A stretch of DNA of 64,000 nucleotides, from assembly GCF_009914755.1 (NCBI RefSeq), contig NC_060941.1; one strand, given 5' to 3'. The first letter of the stretch is position 1. Every line of letters starts with the position of its first letter. Both the position numbers and the translations under genes were made by a program. The notes under the pieces are model-generated. The model searched no databases and had not been told where the DNA came from. It was given only the letters and a program-made list of their open reading frames with translations. The DNA is from the human T2T-CHM13v2.0 reference genome, Homo sapiens. Shown piece by piece: positions 37,744 through 57,023 of the stretch.

Positions 37744-38174
37744 TAGGCACCATGAGGGCGGTGCCTGGGGAGGGCCACGGGGTGGGGAGGGGTTGCTGTG
37801 GGGGGCAGGCGCCATTGATGAGGGCGGGGCAGGTGCTGTTGGGGCAGGTGCTGTGGGGAGGCAGTCGCCCTGTTGCGGGGTGGGGGAGGCAGGCGCCATG
37901 GGGTGGGGAGGCAGGCGCCTTGGTTCTGGACACAGTTGGGGGCACTCTCTGGAGGGCAGGCCGAGCCGTAGGTGAGCGTCTGGTGTGGCTGGTGCTGTGG
38001 CTTTTGTGTCCAGTGGTGATGGCAGAGAAGATGTGTTAGTAACAAGTGTTTTCTGCTTTCATTCATTTCTTTAATCCTAGAAGTGTTTCTGATTTTGAGA
38101 GGAATGGTTTTCTTTTGGTTATTTTCTGACTGCATCTCCCAGTTGGAAGAACTGCAGCTGGCGTTGGCAGGAAG

Positions 38175-38770
38175 GTGGCGTGTGCGTCGTGTGGCTCGGA
38201 GTCAGCGTGGCAGGATGGCGGCGTGTGTGTCGTGTGGCTCGGAGTCAGCGTGGCAGGATGGCGGCATGTGTGTCGTCGTGTGGCTCAGGGTCAGCGTGGC
38301 AGGAGGCTGGCGTGTGCGTCGTGTGGCTCGGTCAGCGTGGCAGGAGGGTGGCGTGTGCGTCGTGTGGCTCAGAGTCAGCGTGGCAGGAGGGCGGCGTGTG
38401 CGTTGTGTGGGTCGGAGTCAGCGTGGCAGGAGGGCGGCGTGTGCGTTGTGTGGCTCGGAGTCAGCGTGGCAGGAGGGTGACGTGTGCGTGATCGTGTGGC
38501 TCAGGGTCAGCGTGGCAGGAGGGCGGCGTGTGCATCGTCGTGTGGCTCGGAGTCAGCGTGGCAGGAGGGCGGCGTGTGCGTCGTGTGGTTCGGAGTCAGC
38601 GTGGCAGGAGGGCGTCGTGTGCGTCGTGTGGTTCGGAGTCAGCGTGGCAGGAGGGCGGCGTGTGTGTCGTCGTGTGGCTCGGAGTCAGCGTGGCAGCAGG
38701 GTGGCATGTGTGTCGTGTGGCTCGGGGTCAGCTCAGCCTCCCTGGCGTGGCAGCGTGTGTGCGTCGTGTT
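38175..38770 (+). repeat. About 43-47-bp CpG-rich minisatellite, about 13 copies
   Basis: gtggctcggagtcagcgtggcaggagggcggcgtgtgcgtcgt. Confidence 0.95.
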
Positions 38771-39213
38771 GCTCAGAGGCGGTGCGGCCTCCCTGGTGTG
38801 GACGCGCTGTGGGGGAAAGCTGCATCGGATCAGTGATGAGTCTGAATGACAGGCTCCCTTTCAAAGACTGTTGGAGAAAGTGAAACCGCCTTTCTTGCTG
38901 GCAGAAATGATGTCTTAGCAGTCTGTAGCGGCCGGTGTGAACGGGTTGGTTCTCAAGGAGACAGACTTTTCTAGTGTTCTTAGGGTGCTGTGTGTTAGCG
39001 ACCTTCAGTTTGTTTCAAGTGCTATAATACGTGTGGTTTGGGAAGGAATTACTTGGTTAAGGTCAGCTCACACTCCGTCCTGGATGATGGCAAATTCCAG
39101 AGACGCGTGTTGTGTTGCAGTGTTGGGTGTGCAGCTCACTCTGTAGGAAGTTGCTCATTAGGCACAGTGTTCGTGGCTAGTTTCTCAAAGCTGCTGTGGG
39201 GAATGTTCAGTGC

Positions 39214-39621
39214 TGTACCAGGCAGGGTTCTCCAGAGAAGCAGAGCCCATAGGATGTGTGTGTGTCGGCGAGGCTGTGAGCTGGAGACCAGGAGAGCTCA
39301 TGGTGGTTCTTGGCCAAAGGCCTCAGGGTGGAGACCCAGGAAGAGCTGATTGGTTTTAGTCTGAAGACAGAACAAGTCCAGTTGAGAGATTGCCAGGCAG
39401 GAGGGCTTCCCCCCTCCTCAGGGAGGGCCGGCGTTTTGTTCTGCTGGGGCCTTCCGCTGGCTGAACGAGGCCCCCTGCATTTGGCAGGGTCCTCTGCCTG
39501 ACTTTGTCTACAGATTCACATGCTGGTCCAGAGCCCCTGACACAAGCACTGGAAGCAGGTGTGATGAAATAGCGGGGCGCCCCACGGCGCAGTCAGGTTG
39601 CCATGTAAAGTTAAGCATCAC
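39214..39621. mobile_element. MLT2 (ERVL) LTR relic
   Basis: agggttctccagagaagcagagcccatagga ... agtcaggttgccatgtaaagttaagcatcaca. Confidence 0.75.
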
Positions 39622-40584
39622 AAGCACTGAAATGTTGGTACAGAAAATAATCCAGTATCCTAGTTCTCTCGATAATGATGTGCGTGTTGCCACATACACT
39701 TCACGTAATTCTAACGTGGTTGGGTTTTAGTCCCCGTCTTGTGTTTTTCTCTTCCGTCTTTCTCTACGTTTCCTGTATTTCTAACTTTTTTCCATTTTTA
39801 TCTCCTCGGTTGGATTTTCGTTGTCTCTGTTAGTACCGTTCTCTTCTTGGTTGTCTTCTGTTGATGAGGACGGACTTACGCTCTGACGGGCTGTTAGATT
39901 TCTGGTTCATCCCACTCCTCCTGCCAGCCTTGGCTCGAGGCTTTGTTAGGGTGGGTCTTTCTCAGCTCTTTTCCTCCAGGGATTGGTCTTTCCTCCACAG
40001 CATGGTCCTTGCTTTAAGTATGTAGCCTTTCAGGGACTTAGGTGAAAGTCACGGCTTTCTCTCCCGTCCTGCTGGGCCCGGGTCTCCGGGGCCCTCTGAG
40101 GGTTGCACAGTCTCCAAGTTCTCTGCGGCACTCGGCCTCCCAGCCATTCTCTGACAGGTGCGTCTGAGTCTCGCCTTGTGCTTCCTTATCTTGGAGTGCC
40201 CAGGGATCCAAGGGAATTTTTGGGCAGAGTTTTGGGCCTCTGTCTCAGCAGCTCTCTTCTCCCCAACATCCTCTCCCCCACATATGAGCCCTCCACTCAT
40301 TGAGATTGCTGCTTCCTGGGCTGTTTCCTTGGTACGGTGTAGAAAGTACCCCTGCGGGGAGGAGGTGGAGGTGGCCCACCTGCAGCTTCCCCTCGCTGGG
40401 GATTGTTGCCCTGCCTTGGTTGCCATCACCTGCTGGCCAACAGTGGCTTTAAGTCTTCCGTCCGAGTCTCACCATTGTTGAGGTCGGGAGGGCATGTGTA
40501 GAAGCAGCCTGAGGTCATTGTCTTTGTGGTGCCGTCTGGTCTTTGTGAGGTGGCTGAGCTGCGCGCTTGCGTGAGGAGAATGGC

Positions 40585-40945
40585 GGCTGGGGTGCACCGG
40601 TCTGTGGGGCGTTAGGGGAGACTGGGGGCTGGGGTGTGCCAGCCATGGGCCATTAGGGGAGACTGGGGGCTGAGGTGCACCTGCCCGTGGGACGTTAGGG
40701 GAGACTGGGGGCTGGGGTGTGCCTGCCTGTGGGGCGTTAGGGGAGAGTGGGGGCCGGGGTGCACCTGCCTGTGGGGCGTTAGCGGGGAGTGGGGGCCGGG
40801 GTGCACCTGCCTGTAGAGTTTAGGGGAGAGTGGGGGCTGGGGTGCACCTGCCTGTAGAGTTTAGGGGAGAGTGGGGGCTGGGGTGTGCCTGCCTGTGGGG
40901 TGTTGGGGAAGAGTGGGGGCTGGGGTGTGCCTGCTCGTGGGGCAT
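40585..40945 (+). repeat. About 42-43-bp G-rich minisatellite, about 8 copies
   Basis: ggggtgcacctgcctgtggggcgttaggggagagtgggggct. Confidence 0.93.
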
Positions 40946-41009
40946 TAGGCATCTTGCTGGGTGTCTGATGGTCTCCGCCACGGTCCTAAGATGGCTGATG
41001 ATACTCTCT

Positions 41010-41590
41010 TCATACCAGTTACCCTACATTACAGTGTACCCCGAAATTTAGCAGCTTAAACAGTGCACTTTTTCCTCACAGTTTTGGTGGGTCTGGAATC
41101 TTGACGTGGCTCAGCTGGGTCCCTGGTCAGGGTCTCTCCTGAGGCTTCTTAAACAGTGCACTTTTTCCTCACAGTTTTGGTGGGTCTGGAATCTTGACGT
41201 GGCTCAGCTGGGTCCCTGGTTAGGGTCTCTCCTGAGGCTTCTTGAAGGCGCCGGCCTGGCCACTGCCGTCTCAAGGCCTGCATTGCTGGGGGGTGTGCTT
41301 CCATGCTCCTCATGGGTTGCTGTCGGGACCCGGTGCCTTGTGGGCTGTTGGTGGGGACCTGTTTGAAGTCCTTACCATGTGGGCCCCTCCGCAGGGCAGT
41401 GCACAGCATGGTAGCTGGCTTCATTGGAGGCTGAGAGGCGGGTGGAAACCACGGCTGTTTGGAAGGTGGCAGCTCTCACCAGACTCTGCGTATTCTGTTC
41501 CTTGGGAGGGAATCATTGGGCCCAGGCCACACCCCGTGTGAGAGGAACGCTAGGCGGTGGGGGTCGTGGGCTGTCTTGGAAACTGCCCCC
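41010..41590. mobile_element. MLT1 LTR relic with a 93-bp internal tandem duplication (41055-41240)
   Basis: accccgaaatttagcagcttaaaca..ctcacagttttggtgggtctggaatc..ggctcagctgggtccctgg; the two copies differ at 1 base. Confidence 0.75.
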
Positions 41591-42600
41591 CTCCTTGTTT
41601 CCTAGACTTGGAAACTGAGTCCCAGAGGGCTAGAGCTAGGATGAGTCATTCGAAGCAGGTTGATGGCATCAGCACCAGTGTGTGAGTTCTGGTTCTGCCG
41701 CCAAAGCCTAAGCTGTTTGTCCTCTGGGAGGCTGTCTCAGGCTACAGCCGCAGCAGCTGCCCTGAACTCTCACTGGACACCTTTTCTGCATGAGACCGGG
41801 GAAGCAGGGCCCACAGCCAGGCGGCCCGCCCTGCACTCACCCTTGGCAGGAGCAGCTGTGTACGCGGGGGCCTTGCTCAGCGCAGGGCTGGGCTGCACGC
41901 CGAGCGCAGACTCTGACGGCTCCTCACACAGCTCTCTGCGTAGGACTGCGTTCCCATTTTATAGAGGGGGAAGTGGGGGCATGGAGCGGCTCAGGAGCTG
42001 TTCAGAATCACACAGCAAGTAGGCGTAGAGCAGGCCTGACCAGGAGCCAGGTCCCAGGGTCTGTGCCATGGGCCCCTTCATGGCGTGTCCAGGGGATGAC
42101 AATGCAGGTTCCCCATGTGGGTGTGAAGAGGGCTACACGTTGCTGCCTTTTGAGGGGCATTCGGGAGGCAGGATCTGTAGGAACTGGTGACCGGTGAGAC
42201 GCAGCACCTGGTGATGAAGGGGCGGTGTGTGGCCTGGGCGGTGGCAGTGGTGGCCGTTCAGGAAGGGGCTGCCAGGAGGCAGAGGGTCCCGAAGGCCGGG
42301 TGCTTCCCCAGGGAAGGCGCTGGTCCTGTCGTCTGTGTACCCATCATCTGCCTTCTCTCCTGACTTTCCCTAATCAAAGCTGGACACTAGCTGAGGATGT
42401 TCTGGACTCGGGGCGTGTTTTGTGGCCCACACCAGGATCTTCCTGGCAGTTTGTGCTGATGGCACTGCCTCCAGGTTCTCCCTTCTTATCCGGTCTCTGC
42501 AAAGTGCATGGAATTTTCACAGGCACGCTTTAAGATTCAAAGTGACACTGAATGACTGGTTCCAGTCATCAGGATGCTGTGAGCTACAAAGCTGATCTGA

Positions 42601-42882
<282 letters not shown>

Positions 42883-44307
42883 TGAGTGCACGGTCACTGC
42901 CCGTCCTCTGGCTCCTGAACCCAGGCCTGTCCCTGACCATGGACAGTCTCTTCCTGTGTGCCGTAGAAGCCCTTTTTCCCACCGCCTCGCCTCCTTCCTG
43001 ACCTGGGCTGCCTGTTCTGGGCAGCTGGGTGTGTCCTCAGGAAACAGTTCTCCCAGGAAATTGAGTTGGGGTCCCTGGGGCTCAGGTCTCTGGCTCCTTG
43101 GCCCCTAAACCCTGCTCAGTTCCTTACCTCAGGAGCCATTTCAAACTCCCTTAAACCACATTACACCTTGCAGGGGTCTCCATCCACTGCCCTGTTCTCC
43201 TCCTGTGGGGTCTCCTGCTGCACAGAGACAGAGCCATCAGCGGAGCCCCTCATGGCGGCCATCCTGGGCTCCTGTCCACACACTGTCCTGCCCTCCTGCC
43301 GCGGTTGGATGAAGTCTTCCCTGGACCCAGGCAGGGCCTCTTCATGTCCCCTCCCTGTGAGGCCCCCATCCTCCCAGTATCTCCCAGCTTCCTGATGGGC
43401 AGGCGGGGCCACGCTGCCTGTGCTGTGCTGCACTCTGCTCACATCCCCGCCGCTCCCTCCAGGGCAGGTTTCTCCCCAGTCATCTGCACCCCACCTCGAC
43501 CGTGACCATCAGGGCGCCTGTGGCACCGTTGCCAGCCCCGAGCCAGCATCCACTCCGGCCCTTCCCTTGACCTTTGCTTCTCAGAGCCCTCCCTGGTTGC
43601 GTGGTAGGCGCCCGCATCTGTGCTGGGCGGCTCTGAGTCCCGGGCGGGGCCCTGGGTCTGCCCCTTCCCCGTGTCCGCAGCCTGCCCCAGGTTCATTCCC
43701 GTCTCCCACCCGCTGCAGGCAGTCCCCCCTGCCCGCATTCCAGCTGCTGTGCTGGCTCCAGACTGTCTCTCCACCCTCCCCTGTGGTCACTCAGCGAGCT
43801 TGTCCATCAGGGTCTTCCCAGGGCAGCTTGGTGCCCACAGGCGAAGGCTTCACCCTTGCTGGGGCTTGCAGGGCCCTCACCGTGTGACCTGACCCCTCCC
43901 TGCATCCTCTAGGCTTCTGTGTGGTTCTTAAAAGTTCAGCCTGCCGCCAAGGCCTGGTCCCTGGGAGAGACGTCTTCGTGCAGCCGCTGGCTGGGGGTTT
44001 TCTCTGGAAGCTTCCCAGCCCACTTTGGTCACCCGTGAGCTGCGGGCTCTTCCCCTGGCCTGGGTGGGGCCCTTGATGTTGGCCTTCCCCTGGGGGCAGG
44101 CAGCTGCTCCCTGTAGCCGGCTTTAATGGGGTAGATCTCTTTCTTAGGAACAGAGAACTTGGGAACATGGCTGTATGTGATGATTTGAGAACGGAGGGAA
44201 GGAAATGTTCTTTTCCTGTCATTAAAATTAATATTGTTAATGTAATTCCCTTCGGCGTGTGCACTGAGTAGCGTACAGGATGGGTCACCTTACAGCTGGG
44301 AAACTAG

Positions 44308-44415
<108 letters not shown>

Positions 44416-44999
44416 TAGGTGTCTGTGGCCGCAGAAGCACCCCGGGGGGTGGGCCGGCCTCTCCTGTGCGATTCAGCAGCTACAAATACCCAACAGCTTT
44501 GGAGTGGCAGCGCGGCCCCCTCCTCGGCCCCCTCCAACTTATGTGTGTTGCTTTACGTGTTGGCGTGAAGATGGTTCCCGAGGCGGAGCTTCGGTCTCCT
44601 CCGTCCTCCTGCCTCTGGCTGGCCCTGCCGGGTCACGAGCAGGCCGGGTTTACCTGTTTATCTTCAAAATGTTCCCTTGCTTTTCCACATCCTCATCACT
44701 GTGCCCCCCACCTATCGTTCCCCACAGATGGGGGTCACGGCTCCTACAATGACGGTGCTCAGGGAAGAGCCCTCTTTTGTGGGGTGAGCAGGTGCCAGTC
44801 CCTCATTCACCCCTCACTAGCACCTGTCATACCTGTGGGAGTCGACATGCACCCTGCACCCCAGGCCTCAGTGGAGGTCGTGGGGCAGATCCAGTGGGGC
44901 CTGGCCTTGAACACAACAGGTGGAGCCCTGGCCTGGAGGAGCCGGTGGCCCTGTGGGCTCGGGCTGTGCAGGGACAGCGATACACGTGAAGAAGATGCT

Positions 45000-45740
45000 G
45001 AAGTGTCGGGGAGGCCCCTGCTGTGGAGGAGAGGAGGCAGGTGCAGGGGCCAGCAGGTGCTGAGGTGTCAGGGAGGTACCTTCTGTGGAGGGGATGAGGC
45101 AGGTGCAGGGGCCAGCAGATGCTGGGGTTGGGGGAGGCCCCTGCTGTGGAGAGGATGAGGCAGGTGCGGGGGCAGTAGGTGTTGAGGTGGGGGGAGGCCC
45201 CTGCTGTGGAGGGGACGAGGCAGGTGGAGGGGCTGACAGGTGCTGGGGGGCGGGGAGGCCCCTGCTGTGGAGGGGATGAGGCAGGTGGAGGGGTGGCAGG
45301 TCCTGGGGGGCGGGTTGGCCCCTGCTGTGGAGGGGATGAGGCAGGTCCAAGGGCTGGCAGGTGCTGGGGGGCAGAGAGAACCCTGCTGTGGAGGGGACAA
45401 GGCAGGTGGAGGGGCTGGCAGGTGCTGGGGGGCAGAGAGGCCCCTGCTGTGGAGGGGATGAGGCAGGTGCAGGGGCCGGCAGGTGCTGAGGTGTCAGGGA
45501 GGTCCCTGCTGTGGAGGGGACGAGGCAGGTGGAGGGGCTGGCAGGTGCTGAGGTGTCAGGGAGGTCCCTGCTGTGGAAGGGATGAAGCAGGTGGAGGGGC
45601 TGGCAGGTGCTGAGGTATCAGGGTGGTCCCTGCTATGGAGGGGACAAGGCAGGTGGAGGGGATAAGGCAGGTGCAGGGGCTGGCAGGTGCTGGGGGATGA
45701 GGCAGGTAGAGGGGCCAGCAGGTGCTGGGGGACGGGGAGG
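45000..45740 (+). repeat. About 61-bp G-rich minisatellite, about 12 copies
   Basis: cccctgctgtggaggggatgaggcaggtggaggggctggcaggtgctgggggg. Confidence 0.93.
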
Positions 45741-46061
45741 CTGGTTTTTGCCATTGCTCTCCCATGCGTCTGTGCTGGGTCCGTCCATACCATGATCTCT
45801 GGGAGGAGCTCCACAGGGCTGTGCAGGGGCTCACATAGGCCTTTGTGTTGCTGTACGCAGGGGATGGCTTTTCAGCCCAGAGCCTCGTCTGGTTGGGTGT
45901 GATGGGCCCACGCAGTGAGAGGCTGGGCAGGCCTTCCCAGTGTCCTTCCTGGAGGCCCCTGGCCAGGACCTTCCCCACGGGGCCATCTCCAGGGACTTGG
46001 ACCCTGTGAGCCAGCCTCAGGCGGCCTCCATGTGGGGCCGTGAGCCCATCACCTGGCCTGA

Positions 46062-46661
<600 letters not shown>

Positions 46662-46956
46662 TGAAGTTAAACTTGAGAACTCTTGTTATTTCTGGTATGT
46701 TGCTTTTATCAATTCCATTCTATTTAAAAACCTTAAGGAAAAAGAGAGTCAGTTTAGACATATACCCATGTAGATGTTTATTCTGAAAGGAAAAGCTCTA
46801 CTGAGTGAGTTGGGGCTGCTCCGAGAGCTTTCTGTGGGAGGTTCGGGTCTACCCCTCGCCTACCCATTAGCCACGTGTATCACTCAGACCTTGAAGTGAG
46901 GCTGGTGTGACCAAGGCCTGAGTTTGAATTGGATTTCATTTTAACGAAATGTGAGG

Positions 46957-47195
46957 CTTTGGGAGGCCAAAGTGGGAGGACGGCTTGAGCCTGTGAATTC
47001 AAGACCAGCCTGGGCAACGAAGCGAAACCCCATCTCTACAGAGAGTTAAAAAATTAGCCAGACGTGGTCCCAGCTACTCGGGAGGCTGAGGTGGGAGGAT
47101 CACTTGAGGCCAGGAGTTTGAGGCTTCATGAGCCATGATGGTGCCACTGCTGCACTCCAGACTGGGCAACAGAGTGAGACCCGGTCTCAGAACAA
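46957..47195 (+). mobile_element. Alu (J-type, truncated)
   Basis: Alu consensus fragments. Confidence 0.82.
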
Positions 47196-48321
47196 AACTG
47201 AGTGTAGACAGCCACGTGTGCTGTGCCGCATTTCTCTTGTCAGCCTTCAGGGAGTTCTGGGTCTTGGGACCGTGTGGCTTGTGGGTGGTAGAGTTGTGGG
47301 CTGGGATGTGCGGGTGGCAGGGCCTGGGATTTCAGCCTGGGGCCTGCAGTCCTGCCCTGGTGTGCTCACACGTGTGAGGCATCGATCTGTGACCTCCCCA
47401 GGGAATTCTCCCTTTTGCTTGTGTAAATGTCTCTCCCAGTTTCAGAAGCGGAGGGTCGAGAGCAGGCGTCCAGCTTGCTCAGGACCCCGGGCGTGCTGTT
47501 GCTCTTCATTAGCCTGGACACCGTGGCGAAAGCTGTGCTGTCAGCACTTTGGAGGCTCCAGTTCGCGTTGCCTGTCAGTCACCAGGGACAGCTCCGGAGC
47601 CGTTCACAAAGCCTTGTTTTCCTTCTGGAGCAGATTTCTTGTGCACTTAGCCTCCAGCCTGCTCAGTGACAATTTCAGGAGCACAGGAAACAATGTGTCA
47701 GATACGGGTCATGTTTTTCAGAGCAGTGTGCATGCATGTGTGAGAAATATTCTTCCAGTGGAAACATTGCTAGCAGAAAACATGCTCTTTACCACAACTG
47801 CTTGATGGGAGGCAGGGGTTGGAGGGTGCTACGTGCTTGGCTTCTCTGTAGGCGACCTCCAGCCTTGTTTCAGGCGTGTCCCTGGAGCTCCTTTCTGGTG
47901 GTCATGGTGGGCATATGTCCTCCTGTCGCCTGGTGCCACCTGCGGCCTTCACAACAGTGTGGTGGGCTCCAGGCCGGGCCTGCCTGTGCCTGTCTGGACT
48001 TTGCCTCTCTCCTCCAGCCGCTGGGCGGCCTGCTCATCAGGCCTAGTGCGTCTCCTAAACTCACTGTGTGTCTTTCCCTCCACAACGTGCAGCCTCTCTG
48101 GACTGTGTGTTCCTTACTCTAGCTCACCTTCTTGGTCTAGTTTCATTTTTCCTGGCTGGTTTAATCTTCAGGTGCTTTTTAACCTTTATTTTTGTTATTT
48201 TAATGTGCTCATTCCATTTTTGTAGCTAGGTTCTGGGACGGGGTGGCCTTTTTACTCTTGATTTCGCAGGGCCTTCATCCCAAAGTAGCTGCAGGGCCAT
48301 CATCCCGAGTCCTCGCAGGAT

Positions 48322-48467
48322 GCAGCTCTGGTCAGTGCCTGCCTTCCCTTTTCCTGGGTGCTCAGTGTGTGATTGTCAACCGTGGCATAAAAAGGCGGCT
48401 CTGGACAGCGCCTGCTTTCCCTTTCGCTGGGTGCTCAGCATGTGATTGTCAACCATGGCATAAAAAG
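48322..48467 (+). repeat. 73-bp tandem duplication (2 diverged copies)
   Basis: ctgggtgctcag..gtgattgtcaacc(g/a)tggcataaaaag occurs twice. Confidence 0.88.
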
Positions 48468-49121
48468 GTGCAGCCTCAGAGCAGGATGTCTGAAGACACC
48501 AGGAAGCCAGGAGTTGCTGGGGTGTGGGGCGGCCCACAGCCCTGCATGGTGGCTGCTCCAATCTTGTCCTTCCCTGGGACGTGTGGTAAGCTGCCAGCCT
48601 CTTCTGAAACGGGTCCGAGAAAGGGCATTAATTATATTAACTGTAAGAACACCCAGCACCCAGGAGGGTTAACTTACTCCCCGCTCCTTTCCTGGGCTGG
48701 GTTATGCAGTGAGTGGAACTGCACCCATCCCCAGGGGGTTCAGGATCTGTGTGGCTGATGTGGCTGTCCCCCAAGCGTGCACGACTCCCTCAGGACCTGG
48801 GGCCCCCTCCTGACTCCCATCACCAGCCCTGCAGCATTACCCTGGACCTAGGAAGTAGCGCCAGACCCCAGGCTGTGGCAGAAGCAGGGTGCCTTGGAGA
48901 GGAGTGTGTCTGTGTCTGTGCCAACCCCATTGGTTTCTCCCGTGAGCAAACCAACTGAACCTGTGCCCGGGCCCAGCTGTGGGTCCTGCTGACTTGCCCG
49001 AGGGCATCTTCTGAGACACTCGGTGTGGAGCGTCTGGAAGCCACGGCACTACGCTGTGCCTCCCCCTCGCCCGCCGCCCCGTGTCAGCAGGAGCCTCACC
49101 ACGTGGGTTCCTTTCTGTTGA

Positions 49122-49868
<747 letters not shown>

Positions 49869-51190
49869 AAAATTGTCTCTTTCATTTTACACAGATAATG
49901 GCTTACTTGTCACACTTTAACACCAAACGCATCTTTGAGGTCATTTTACATTAGTGCTGTTCCCCTTGCTCTTGATGATCTGAGACCCGTGTACCTGCGA
50001 CACTCTTTACCCGCCTCCTCTCTCTCTCTCTCTCTTCCTCTCCCGCTCATCCGCCCACTCATAGCTTCCACTATTTTCTGTTGTCTTCCCTCCTCTGAGA
50101 CCCCCCCTGTGCTTCCAGGAGTGCCTTAAGCTTGGATCTGAGGGCAGGAACTCGCCCCGGCTGCTTGGCTTCTCCCTGTGCCCCTGGTGTCCATGGACAG
50201 GGTCCCCTGTCCGGTTCCACTGTGCCGTGGTGGTGCTGGGCCTCTGAGGCGAGCCGGATGGACGGACGGCATCCCCTGGACCCTGCCACCCTTGCCACCG
50301 TGCCACAGTGAACACGTGTCTGATTTAGAAGTAGACATTGGTCTGACAGGCATTTGTTTTGGTATTTTTAAGTCACGGTAACCTTGGTGTTTTGTCAAGT
50401 TCATTCAGATGTTAACTAAATCTTTGTGAAAGGTGTGAAGCATCTTTCTCCAATGAAAACCCTAAAGGACGCAAGTGCTGATGTGAAAATACGCAAGGGG
50501 CTCACGGAGCCTCTGGGCAGACAGTACACGTCTGGAACTTGTTTAATTGTGATTGAGTCTGTCGGTGACAGTGAGCTCTGAGGAGCCCGCTGGTGGACGC
50601 TGGTGTCTGTCTCAGCCCCTCCTCTCTGGGCTGGGCACGCAGGAGGTGAGGCAGCCACTGGGCGGACAGGCACTCTCCGATTTTCCTAAGTATTCTTGTC
50701 CATACTGATTGCCAGCTAGTCATACAATTTAGTGGGTTTTCCTAAACATTTATTTGCTGTCAAGTCAATTTAATTAGAATCAGGAGAGCTTCTGAACCAC
50801 CCCGGGGAAATTAGTACGTATAAAATATTATGACTTGATCGATGGCCATTGCAATTGTTCATTAAAAGTTCATATTTCAAATACTGTGAAAAATCTTGAA
50901 ATGCCAATTCATTATTGTAGCATTTAATTCTGAGTTTGACTAAACAGTGGGGTGTCATTTAAAGAAGGTCTTCCTGCTCCCTTTTCCACTGACGTCTTCC
51001 TGTGCTGGGATTCCTGTTTTAAGTTCCTACTTTTCTGAAGTGTCTTATTTCTTTCTATGGGAGCGTGGGTGTTGCCCGTACTTGGAGCGACACCACTGTG
51101 GTGGGAAAACCCCACCTGGGACGGCACGGACGGGACGGTCTCTTTGTTTGGGGACTGACCAAGACTTGTCCTCACTCTCGGGAGATCTGA

Positions 51191-51436
<246 letters not shown>

Positions 51437-51548
51437 TAAAAACTTAGGAATGGGTTTTAGTGAGCCTTACGTGAGCCTTACAGGCAGAGGATATGGACCT
51501 GCCAGGCTGTGCTCCTTGCCATGCTGTGGGCTTTGAACCAAAAGCTGA

Positions 51549-51794
<246 letters not shown>

Positions 51795-52644
51795 CTGCGT
51801 CACCAGGCTGTCCGTGGCAGGCTGCAGCCCTTCGTCTGAACCCATCTCCGCGGTGTGGCCCTGCCGCGGGCACGCCCAGAAGAGCTTGAGAACAAGGTCT
51901 GTCTACCTTTTTCTCGCATTGGCCTTTGTAATTTCCTAATTGCCTCTTTTGTCTGCTGTGGAATTTTAATGCCACAGATTACCCTGTGTAGCTGGTTTTG
52001 GAGGGCCACGAATCCTTGTAATGTCTGATTTTCTTACTCCCCAAAACCGGTTTTCATTCTTGAGGGACATTGTCGCCCCTTAAGGACACATGCAGTGGCA
52101 CCTGCTTCAGTTGTAGAACCAGGTACCCCTGGCAGCATCCTGGGTCACCTGGAGTGACGTGGTGCTCCCTGGAGATGAGGCTCACGCCAGCGTGAAACCA
52201 GGGTGGGAACTGGGGTGGAGGGCCAGGGGAGCTCTGCAGTGGCCAGCAGTGGGGTGGGGACAGAGGGCACAGCATGGCAGATGCAGGGGCACTGCCCCAG
52301 ACCAGCTCTTGTGCCGTGGCCACACGCAGCCCTGTCTGTGTTTGGTGGGGAGAGTCCCTGGGTGTGGCTGGCAGTGCCCTCTGAGGGCAGGAAGGAAAGG
52401 ATGTCTGTACAGGATAGAGTGGGGGCCCATCCTGAGAGGGCCTCACCACAGAGACTTGATTCTGTCCAAAATAAAGACACCTGAGATGTGGTGGCCTCAC
52501 GTCTTCCCAGTGTGGAGCTGTGGTGGCGTCTGAAGTGACCGCTTTGCACTTGGCATTTTGATGTATGGGGAGAGCTTTTAGAGCCTGCAGTTCTTTTTTT
52601 TAATGTCTCTGCTTATTTTTTTCCAGACTTCTTTAATGTTTAGA

Positions 52645-54620
<1,976 letters not shown>

Positions 54621-55229
54621 TGGTTTCATTTAACGTTTTGTTCCATCCGAAGTAAGTGACTCGTAATGTTTATTTGTGACACTAGATGTGTGTGAGGGTG
54701 TGTGTGTGAATGTGTAGCTGGGATGGAATGAAGTCCCTGCCTGTGGGGAGCCAGCTCCAGGTTCACTCAAAGGAGACAAGAGACTCTACTGGCTTGTGTG
54801 TGTGCTCTGTCATGTCTTATGGCAACATGCACTGACCCCAGGCAGCTGGGGCGAGAGGATATGGGTGTTGGCATCATAAACGAAAAGGGTAAAGCTATGG
54901 TTCAGAAACTGATACGTGATGTGGAATACACTGGCCCATGACCTTCGCATGGTTGGTTGGCCCCTTCTGCCTGGCGGTGCCCTCCATGTGAGCTGAACCC
55001 TCTTTGCAGCCCCCATTCTGTTCCTGGTGGGACATGGAGAAGCTGTGCTGTCTCTGCACAGGGCAAGGGTTCTTTCAGGCAGGGGTGAAAGAGATCCCAT
55101 CTTGGGGCTGACTCAGGAGGTGACAGGGCTGACATTTGATGAGCATTTGCAGCATGCTTTTTATGTTTTTGTTTTAGACCTCACACCATTCCTCTGAGAG
55201 CCGTCTTGTTTATATAAAGCTATAGTTGG

Positions 55230-57023
<1,794 letters not shown>

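Noticed and set aside
38083-38883. 266 aa ORF (also the ORFs at 19228-19862, 37054-38135 and 44280-45613)
   Set aside because: GC-rich or VNTR-derived low-complexity frames; some merely overlap true TBCD exons in another frame or strand.
40612-40866. Interstitial telomeric sequence
   Set aside because: TTAGGG occurs singly per unit, never in tandem.
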